The notes beneath the pieces are model-generated. The model made no database searches and had not been told where the DNA came from. It saw only the letters and a list, made by a program, of their open reading frames with translations. The position numbers and the translations under genes are program-made. Positions 1 to 7,087 of a stretch of DNA of 7,495 nt are shown piece by piece; within the stretch, counting starts at the first letter, position 1; every line of letters starts with the position of its first letter. Source of the stretch: Octopus sinensis (lineage: Eukaryota); assembly GCF_006345805.1 (NCBI RefSeq), contig NW_021828864.1, positions 1 to 7,495 of the forward strand, read 5' to 3'.

Positions 1-60
1 ATCCATTTCTCAAAGTTCCTTCTTTGTCCATCTATCAACAACCTTTGCATATCGCATTTA

Positions 61-256
61 GTAGAATTGTTAACACACCTGGACGAAATGCTTAGCGGTA
101 TTTCACCTGTCGCTAAGTTCTGAGTTTAAATTCCACCGAGGTCGACTTGCTTTTCATCCTTTCGGGGTCGATAATTAAATACCAGTGAATAACTGGGGTC
201 AATGTTGACTAATATTCTCCCACCAAATTTCAGGCCTTATGCATATAGTGGAAAGG
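61..256 (+). mobile_element. tRNA-derived SINE, family A, slightly 5'-truncated, with an (ATT)n tail
   Basis: Aligns by eye with 3157-3310: ACGAAATGCTTAGCGGTATTTC, a B-box-like GAGTTTAAATTCC, and the core TTTCATCCTTTCGGGGTCGATAA...ACCAGT...CTGGGGTC. It has its own 3' end (CCAAATTTCAGGCCTTATGCATATAGTGGAAAGG) running into (ATT)n. Confidence 0.85.
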
Positions 257-313
257 ATTATTATTATTATCATTATTATTATATTATCATTGTTGTTGTT
301 GTTGTTGTTGTTG
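257..313. repeat. Compound (ATT)n-(GTT)n microsatellite derived from the SINE tail
   Basis: Imperfect ATT repeats at 257-291 followed by GTT repeats to about 313. Confidence 0.9.
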
Positions 314-365
314 CTATTTTTACGTTGGAAATCTTTATTATTATCATCTGTTTTATTTTGCTTTT

Positions 366-452
366 GTTAAATTAAGTACTAATGAATTATTGGAATTGAT
401 TAATCGGTTATACACTCCTAATGTATTTCCTTCTACCTATAAAGAATCAGGA
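366..452 (+). mobile_element. Highly degenerate fragment of family A SINE (core and 3' part)
   Basis: TAAATTAAGTAC at 368-379 matches 3268-3279 exactly. The following TAATGAATTATTGGAATTGATTAATCGGTTA parallels CAGTGAATAACTGGGGTC/GATATAATCGACTTA in the other copies, mostly by transitions. Confidence 0.5.
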
Positions 453-810
453 GAACAGTGATTATGTTTGAAAATTATGTAACGCGTGTATTAAAAATGC
501 ATTTAAACTAGGGTACCAGAAGGGATTTTCACCTCATTAAAATTCTAAATGTTGAAGGCATTTTTCCGTTTTCAATGCTGGGTAGCCTCCATGTGTTTAT
601 ATTATATTATTGCTATTATTGCTAATTAATAATAAATTTTAAAAAAAAACAACAACACTATTTATAAACACGCAGTGGTGTATTCTTTAAACGTGTGTGC
701 GGACGTGTTTTTATTTGAAGGTTTTCCATTTCAATGTAAGTTCAATATTGCATGGGTTTTTAGTGTACGCACAAGATCGCTGGCACTCTCTAGTGCTTGC
801 ATCATACTAT

Positions 811-890
811 TGGGCATCTTGGGCAAGTATCGTTTATCATAAACCTTGGTTTCGTACCAAGCCTTGTCAGTAAAATTGTGTGGAAGACCA
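811..890 (+). mobile_element. Degenerate fragment of family C SINE (5' central part)
   Basis: CTTGGGCAAGT at 818-828 is identical to 6270-6280. The downstream ...ATAAACCTTGG...ACCAAGCCTTGTCAGT parallels ...ATAGCTCCGGGCCGACCAAATCTTTGCGAGT. Confidence 0.5.
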
Positions 891-1248
891 TCGAATAAAT
901 TCGCGGGGTACTGCAGACTTCAATGGTCTCGTGTTGCCTCGCTCTTCGATCTAAGGGCTGCATATGTTAAATAGTTTTCCGTATGCGTTAATTTAACGAG
1001 TATGCCATTTTGGTTTGTCTGGTTATAGAGTTTAGTTCTTTTGGTGGTGTGTTTTGTCGTTTTGGACAAGCTTTGGGAAACAAATCCTGTCTCTTCTTTA
1101 TAAAAAAACCAATCGAGCATCAGCTTAGAAACCTGGGTTTAGTATATCATGCTTTTCTGCAGGATAGAAAGACTGCATGCAGAAATAATGTTTTGCAGAA
1201 CCAATAACTGAGCATTCAATACATGTTAATTAATAGAAGTATATAAGT

Positions 1249-1510
1249 GGAGGCGCGTGGCTTAGTGGTTAGGGTGTCAGCATCATGATCGTAAGATAGT
1301 GGTTTCGATTCCTGGACCGGGCGACGCGTTGTGTTCTTGAGCAAAATACTTCATTTCACGTTGCTCCAATCCACTCAGCTGGCAAAAATGAGTATCGCTG
1401 CGCTGGACTGGCGTCCCGTCCAGCTGGGGAACACATACGCCATAGAAACCGGGAAACTGGGCCCATGAGCCTGGCTAGGCTTTTAAAAATGGCGCATTTA
1501 TTTTTATTTT
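1249..1510 (+). mobile_element. Full-length tRNA-derived SINE, family B, with a CORE-like central region
   Basis: Pol III A box TGGCTTAGTGG (1258-1268) and B box GGTTTCGATTCC (1301-1312). Central GTGTTCTTGAGCAAAATACTT resembles the CORE-type motif. It continues with GGACTGGCGTCCCGTCCAG and AGAAACCGGG blocks and ends in an ATTT-rich tail. GC/CpG-rich relative to its flanks. Confidence 0.85.
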
Positions 1511-1608
1511 GATATATGTATATACACTTGTGTACGTCTATATATGAACTTATATGTGTACATGTATGTATACATGTATGCACATCTGAATACATGTATG
1601 CATATATG
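1511..1608. repeat. Degenerate TA/TATG/TACA low-complexity tract
   Basis: Alternating purine-pyrimidine sequence with repeated TACATGTATG. Confidence 0.7.
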
Positions 1609-2015
1609 GACAATACAATTCGAAAATAGTTAACATAAGAATACGTACGGTGTACTGAATGAAAATATATGTTTCATAGTCATCTGTTAAATATCAGATG
1701 TCTACTCGAGATTATTTATATTTTTAGAGTTTAAACATTGTGGTCTGAGAGCTTTCTTTTATTTTTACGTAGATTTTGCGACTGGCAGCAGCAAATAAAA
1801 TAAAGGAAACGAGGAAGGGAGGCAGGAACAAAGCAAGGATTTGATAACAAACAAAGACCACAAATAGCTCAGTATGTAGTGTACTGTTCTTTATTATCAG
1901 TTAAGGCGAGACATGGTGACTATCTGAATATAGTTCCGTGTTGGACATTGATGAATAGTTTACCAGAACTGCGAATAAGAATTTTGCATCAGCTCTTCAT
2001 TGATTGGTTAAAATA

Positions 2016-2032
2016 TTCTCCTTCTCACTCTC

Positions 2033-2067
<35 letters not shown>

Positions 2068-2211
2068 ATTTTCACTCTCCGAGCTTCTTCTATAACTTCT
2101 CTTCTTCACCACAACACATATACAGCCTATCTCTCCTTTGGTCATACATATACCTTGACATCTCTCACACATACAAGCTACCTTCACGCTCTTTGCTTTG
2201 TCTCTCTCTCT

Positions 2212-2243
<32 letters not shown>

Positions 2244-2260
2244 TACTCTCTCTCTCTCTC

Positions 2261-2316
<56 letters not shown>

Positions 2317-2640
2317 CAAAGCAGTTTCTGGTAGTCTCTTCCTCTTTCTCTCTGTTTCCAGTCATATTTTCCCTCTCACTATCTCACATTACAACACTAC
2401 TGTCTATTCGCTATATCTTTCTCCCTCAAATACCTTTTCTTCTTTCTCTTTCTCCGTCTCTTTTCTCTTTCTTTCCCTTGTTACAATTCATTATCTCTCA
2501 AACACCAGCACTCTCTCCTTCCTTCCTCTTCTTTCTTCCTCTCACTTTCTATGTTTCATTCTCACCGTTTCTCCTACTTCTCTCTTTGGACAACAGTCTG
2601 TATAATTTCATCTATTCGTCTTTTCTTCCCAATTTCCCAA
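2016..2640. repeat. Long pyrimidine-rich region with (CT)n microsatellites (about 2028-2067 and 2201-2310)
   Basis: Seen directly: near-pure CT runs plus degenerate CT/CTT sequence on the + strand. Confidence 0.9.
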
Positions 2641-2675
2641 CACGCCTCTATCTCACGCGCACGTACACTCAGACA

Positions 2676-2677
<2 letters not shown>

Positions 2678-2758
<81 letters not shown>
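2678..2758. repeat. (CA)n microsatellite, about 40 units, with one interruption
   Basis: Seen directly. Confidence 0.97.
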
Positions 2759-2759
<1 letters not shown>

Positions 2760-2938
2760 AACTATATCTCCGTGAATAGTTAGTGGCTCCGAATATTCTG
2801 TTCCTCTCTGAAAAGAGTAATCCTATGATCCAAATCATTCCCTATATGGCCATCCAATCTTTTTCATTGAAACATAAAATATTCAAAACTATATAATCCA
2901 ATGTGACATTCCTTTTCATAGATATTTAGATGTGATAT

Positions 2939-2979
2939 ACGTAAACACGCTAACACCAGTTGTCAAGTACTGGTGCAGG
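2939..2979 (-). mobile_element. Short inverted fragment of family C SINE
   Basis: The reverse complement CCTGCACCAGTACTTGACAACTGGTGTTAGCGTGTTTACGT aligns without gaps to 6442-6482 (27/41 by hand, mostly transitions, shared TGTTTACGT end). Confidence 0.55.
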
Positions 2980-3144
2980 TCTGAAGTATTAGGTGAAGAT
3001 ATTAGGATAAGGTGAAATTAAAAATATCAGTATGAAAAAATATATAGATGATAAAGTAATATACAATTATACGTTCATAATATATAGATACATTGATAAA
3101 CGTATTCAGATATATTCTGAAATGAATGCATATATTGGTGTTTT

Positions 3145-3376
3145 GGCGGCGAGCTTGACAGAAACGTTAGCACGCCGGGCGAAATGCGTAGCTGTATTTC
3201 GTCTGCCGTTACATTTGAATTCAAATTCCGCCGATGTCGATTTTGCCTTTCATCTTTTCGGGGTCGATAAATTAAGTACCAGTTACGCACTGGGGAAGAT
3301 ATAATCGACTTAATCCGTTTGTCTGTCCTTGTTTGTCCTCTCTGTGATTAGCCCCTTGTGGGTAGTAAAGAAATAG
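3145..3376 (+). mobile_element. Full-length tRNA-derived SINE, family A (first unit of the dimer)
   Basis: 5' GGCGG can pair with CCGCC (3228-3232) like a tRNA acceptor stem. It has an A-box-like TTGACAGAAACG, a B-box-like GAATTCAAATTCC, the family A core, and the 3' tail TTAATCCGTTTGTCTG...GGGTAGTAAAGAAATAG. Confidence 0.9.
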
Positions 3377-3560
3377 GTATCTCGTCTGTCTTTAAGTTCT
3401 GAGTTCAGATTCCGCCGAGGTCGACTTTGCCTTTCATCCTTTCGGGGTCGATTAAATAAGTACCAGTTACGCATTGGGGTCGATATAATCGACTTAATCC
3501 GTTTGTCTGTCCTTGTTTGTTCCCTCTGTGTTTAGCCCCTTGTGGGTAGTAAACAAATAG
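3377..3560 (+). mobile_element. Family A SINE, second tandem unit lacking the first ~50 nt
   Basis: Direct repeat of 3194-3376, about 89% identical by hand alignment; B box GAGTTCAGATTCC at 3401-3413. Confidence 0.9.
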
Positions 3561-3807
3561 TATTAAAGTAAATATAAAACAAAGATGGGAGATAATAAAG
3601 CTAATAAAAATAATTTAGATATAATATGACACATAAAGATAGAAAATAATTGATTACACCCATTAATAAATAAATATATGTGTGATTAACATCAAGACAA
3701 ATTTGCATTGGTGTTACTTCACGGTGGGAAATATTAGTACAGTTATATCGCATGTGATCACCTATGAAGAAAATTAGATATGTGTAATATTTGCATGTTT
3801 CGTACAG

Positions 3808-4130
3808 AAGATTGATCCGGAACCCAAACAACTGAAGAAAGCCAGCAAGGAGATATGTGCACCTGAAAGACCGTAAGGGGAAACCTTCCGCAGGCAAAGA
3901 CTACTTCAGTCCTCGTTGTCCTACTCAGGCGAAGCGTACTAGTAAAGGGTGAAATGCTTGTGACTCTCAGAGCCCAGCTGACGAAACGGAAGGGTTTGTC
4001 ACATTGCGATGGATTTTGAAGAAGAGCTTGCAAGACCTCTGAGTAGCTTCTGCAGTTTCTGAGTTGGGTAAAGCACCTCTGATGTTTGCTTCATCTATTA
4101 AACCAGCAATGATAATATCTTATCCCTTAA
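3808..4130. other. GC-richer unique island: possible small exon or decayed coding/transposon relic
   Basis: Composition is clearly less AT-rich than the flanks. TTTCGTACAG| at 3807 and |GTAAGG at 3873 bracket an open 65-nt segment (KIDPEPKQLKKASKEICAPER). No recognisable protein family. Confidence 0.2.
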
Positions 4131-4163
4131 TAGCAGAAAGACTACAGGCATGAATGTTACCAA

Positions 4164-4221
4164 ATATATATATATATATATATAATATATATAATATATA
4201 TTATATATATATATATATATA
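4164..4221. repeat. Imperfect (TA)n microsatellite
   Basis: Seen directly. Confidence 0.95.
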
Positions 4222-5070
4222 ACTTAACAAGTGTAAGTTGAAAGGGATCGGACGTTGTTTCTGGTAGAGTTTCTAAAACAAAAGTATATTGGTTGTAGCA
4301 AAATTTGAAAAGACTGGCACTCAAACTATTATATAATTCAGTGGGATTGCCTATTTATGCCTTGTATTGCTATACTAATTCTTAGTCAAGCAATTAAAGT
4401 TCAGATGAAAAAATATGTTTAATGCAACAGAAATTATACGAAGGTCTGTTTCAGTAAAATTTGTTCAGGTTAGAAACAATAGCTTGACTAAATTTGGGCA
4501 TAGTAGAGAGATTTTGATGATACTATTCAAAATAACCATGTGGTTCTTTAATGTGAATTGACATTCTTTAGGATTCAGAAGTTTCGTTCTGTTCACTACA
4601 TCCAATTTAGAAGTGATCTTGTGTCCATGACAGCATATTTCCATATTCAGCGATGTGATAAACTTTCGAGCTAAACGATTATACTTAGTATTATCAATTT
4701 TACATACATTCCTCAATCTATATTTTTCCTTAATTTTTTCAATTGAGTTCGATATACTATTGTATTTTCTACTTTTCATATTTCTGATAGGCGCTAAAAT
4801 GTGGTTTTAATAGATTGTAAGAGCTTATTTATGGTTTGGAGCTAATGTGTTTTAAATAAAAATCTGAAGTTATTTCTAAAGTTTTCGCTTTGTCCATTGC
4901 AATAGAGTGCCCGTCACTTAAGTATTTTAATGAAACTATTTATTTTCTATATATGGTATTTTAAATTGAAGCCACATTCGAGAAAACAATATTCTTTTTA
5001 TATCGATGTCTTCAAAATGTTGGATCCATCGCACACTTCAGTTTGTTTTCTTAGTGATCACTTATCATTT
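4222..5070 (-). mobile_element. Decayed non-LTR retrotransposon ORF2 relic (L1/Tx1-like): end of APE endonuclease, linker and start of reverse transcriptase
   Basis: Minus-strand translation across frameshifts gives motifs in the expected order: ISDH (SDH at 5062-5054), MWLQFK (W at 4974), DNTKYNRLARKFITSL..GHKIT (within ORF 4465-4779), LSTMPKFSQAIVSNLNK / NFTETDL (from about 4510; compare L1 LPRLNQEEVESLNRPIT), QGIN^GNPTELY (about 4365-4331; compare PGxDGxPxExY), then LPETT...LTLVK. Confidence 0.65.
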
Positions 5071-5311
5071 TAGCTTGTTCTTTGAGGTACGTTTTTGTTA
5101 AAATATAAATGTAATATGTTTATTTAAGTCGTACCTTTCGTTGACTTTACCGATGCTGAATAGCAAAAACCAGGCTATTAGCAAGAAAAAAAAATCTTAA
5201 TAAACTCAACACGCTTTGTTACAAGCATTTAGATATTATATATATTCTAGATTCCATGCTCACACGAACAAATTTATAATTTGTGCGCGTGCACGTGTGT
5301 GTAAATAAAGT

Positions 5312-5382
5312 TTATATATGTATACATACATATATACATACATACATGCATGCATGCATACATACATACATACATACATACA

Positions 5383-5414
<32 letters not shown>

Positions 5415-5418
5415 CATA
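5312..5418. repeat. (TACA)n tetranucleotide microsatellite
   Basis: Seen directly; includes a (TGCA) interruption. Confidence 0.95.
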
Positions 5419-5509
5419 TAAAATATACACATTCAGTATATATAATATGGATATAAAATACAATGTATTTAGTAAATATATTTGTAAATTTATAAATAAT
5501 TATACACTT

Positions 5510-5575
5510 TGTGTGTGTATGTGTGTATGTGTGTGTGCATGTGTGTATACATGCATACACGCGTGCACTCATATA
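5510..5575. repeat. Degenerate (TG)n tract
   Basis: Seen directly. Confidence 0.8.
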
Positions 5576-5617
5576 TGTTTCTACATATATCACTCAATCA
5601 AATCAGTGTTTAACACA

Positions 5618-5619
<2 letters not shown>

Positions 5620-5666
<47 letters not shown>

Positions 5667-5825
5667 ATATAATAAATATATATTTATATATATGTATTAT
5701 ATATAAATATATATTTATATATATGTAGTTTGTATGTATGTATATGTATGCATGTAACTATGTATATATATAGATATATTGTATGTATGTATGTATTGTA
5801 TGTATGTATGTATGTATGTATGTAT
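5620..5825. repeat. (TA)n tract (5620-5724) followed by (TATG)n tract (5731-5825)
   Basis: Seen directly. Confidence 0.92.
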
Positions 5826-6218
5826 TATACCATTATACCCACACCCGTAAGTACTGAGTAACAAGAGACATTCGTTCTCCGCGGGGTAGATCATAATTCA
5901 TTTTAACGAGCTATTTTCCACCAAAAATGCCCCACAAGTATTCATATAATCTATAAATTATTTGGTGCTGCGACTTAATTCTGTATTTTGAAAAAGTAGA
6001 TGGAGAAAGTTATTGTACATCTTCTGGTAGAGAGTGCTCTGTTCCAAGATGTACATCTTTCTAGGGCCTGCAGTGTCATTTGAGGTTGAATATAAAAGTA
6101 AACGGAACGAAAAATTACATGACAAAATTTTATACACAGCTGAATAAAAATGTTTCAAGTATTCTCCATGAATGTCAGCTCTCAGAGGTATACATGGACA
6201 ATACGTTAGATTGCCATT

Positions 6219-6631
6219 AAGTTTGCTTCCCCACCACATAGTTCCGAGTTCAGTACTACTGCGTGATAACTTGGGCAAGTGTCTTCTGCTATAGCTCCGG
6301 GCCGACCAAATCTTTGCGAGTGGATTTGGTAAACAGAAGCTTATCATAAATATGTGTATGTGTGTATATATGTGTGTCTGTGTGTGTATGCGCGTATAAA
6401 TCTCTGTGTGTGGATGTGTGTGTTATTGTGTTTGAGTTTGTCCCTCACAACCGCTTAACAATCGGCGCTGGTTTGTTTACGTCCCCGTAACAGCGTTACG
6501 ACAAAAAGAGTGATAGAATAAGTGCAATGCGTAAAGAAAAATACTAGGGACGATTCGTTCGTGTAAAAAAACCTTCGAGGTGGTGCTCCATCATGGCCAC
6601 ATTCCAATGATTGAAACAAAGAAAAGATAAA
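6219..6631 (+). mobile_element. Family C SINE-like element with an internal (TG)n microsatellite, 5'-truncated head and A-rich tail
   Basis: B-box-like GAGTTCAGTAC (6246-6256), CORE-like CTTGGGCAAGTGTCTT and an internal TG/TA tract (about 6350-6432). The 3' module CCGCTT...TGTTTACG...GGTGCTCCATCATGGCCAC...AATGATTGAAACAA is homologous to 7172-7336. Confidence 0.8.
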
Positions 6632-7030
6632 TCTTTATATATAAAAGTGAAGTTGTGTGTCTGTCTCCTACGATTTAGATTCCTAACTACTCCCACATTT
6701 TGCGGTGCAGTTTAACCAAAAACCGGGTATCTTATAGTCGTGATTCATATCGAGCCCTTCTGGGTATTAGCGCGCGTCTACGATGAGTCTACGATTTAAA
6801 AAAAAATTTACCATCATTTTTTTCCATTTTAATGCATTTTTTCGCTATTATATAAGGGAAGTAACTCTCTAAAAATGTCTACGATGAGTCAACGATTTAA
6901 AAGAAAAATTACCATAATTTTTTTTCCATTTTTAATGCATTTTTTTGCTATTTTTTGGCTATAACTCTCTAAAAATGCTTATATAGTTATTTCCCTTACA
7001 AGCCCGAGCAACGCCGGGCGATACTGCTAG
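6632..7030 (+). mobile_element. Non-autonomous Helitron, 399 bp, both termini intact
   Basis: 5' terminus TCTTTATATATAAAAG preceded by A6631 and 3' terminus CTAG (7027-7030) followed by T7031. GC-rich hairpin GCCCG-A-GC-AAC-GC-CGGGC (7002-7019) ends 11 nt before the terminus. No target-site duplication and no coding capacity. These are the canonical rolling-circle transposon hallmarks. Confidence 0.88.
6776..6976 (+). repeat. Two tandem ~100-bp units inside the Helitron (6776-6876 and 6877-6976)
   Basis: Both units start GTCTACGATGAGTC(T/A)ACGATTTAAAA, contain TTACCAT..TTTTTTTCCATTTT(T)AATGCATTTTTT, and end TAACTCTCTAAAAAT. Confidence 0.92.
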
Positions 7031-7087
7031 TGAATAATATAGGAAAACATACAATAAATATAATTTTTCTTCATTGGATATACATTA

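Noticed and set aside
1154-1200. Cluster of CTGCA/TGCAG inverted repeats
   Set aside because: The 8-10 bp matches have no further support.
1249-1322. Possible tRNA gene
   Set aside because: It has A and B boxes but no well-paired acceptor or anticodon stems, and it continues into a SINE body.
1879-2783. Six overlapping ORFs up to 259 aa (SLSL, ERER, HTHT, CVCV)
   Set aside because: They are translations of stop-poor (CT)n and (CA)n microsatellites, not genes.
2812-2925. Possible further degenerate interspersed repeat
   Set aside because: The resemblance is from memory only; there is no second copy in the window to support it.
2954-2975. Hairpin CACCAGT-N8-ACTGGTG as a terminator or independent RNA element; likewise CTTGGT/ACCAAG at 845-861
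   Set aside because: Both lie within degenerate family C SINE fragments, and stems this short are expected by chance.
3032-3304. ORFs on both strands, likewise 1356-1613, 5958-6347 and 7030-7239
   Set aside because: They run through SINE and simple-repeat sequence and have no protein-like motifs.
3194-3560. Retrozyme or CRISPR-like interpretation of the tandem units
   Set aside because: There is no hammerhead core in the units and no repeat-spacer pattern; the context is eukaryotic SINE sequence.
3832-4000. Hammerhead ribozyme suggested by CTGAAGA (3832), CTGACGA (3978) and nearby GAAA
   Set aside because: Stems II and III cannot be formed around the core motifs in any topology.
4465-4779. 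104-aa ORF as an intact gene
   Set aside because: It is better explained as one surviving frame segment of the frameshifted LINE ORF2 relic.
5260-5728. ORFs with YVCM/HTYI repeats
   Set aside because: They are translations of TACA/TATG/TA microsatellites.
5957-6064. Short Cys-rich + strand frame (IIWCCDLILYFEKVDGESYCTSSGRECSVPRCTSF*)
   Set aside because: It has no start codon or convincing splice acceptor, and the similarity to Cys-rich domains is only superficial.
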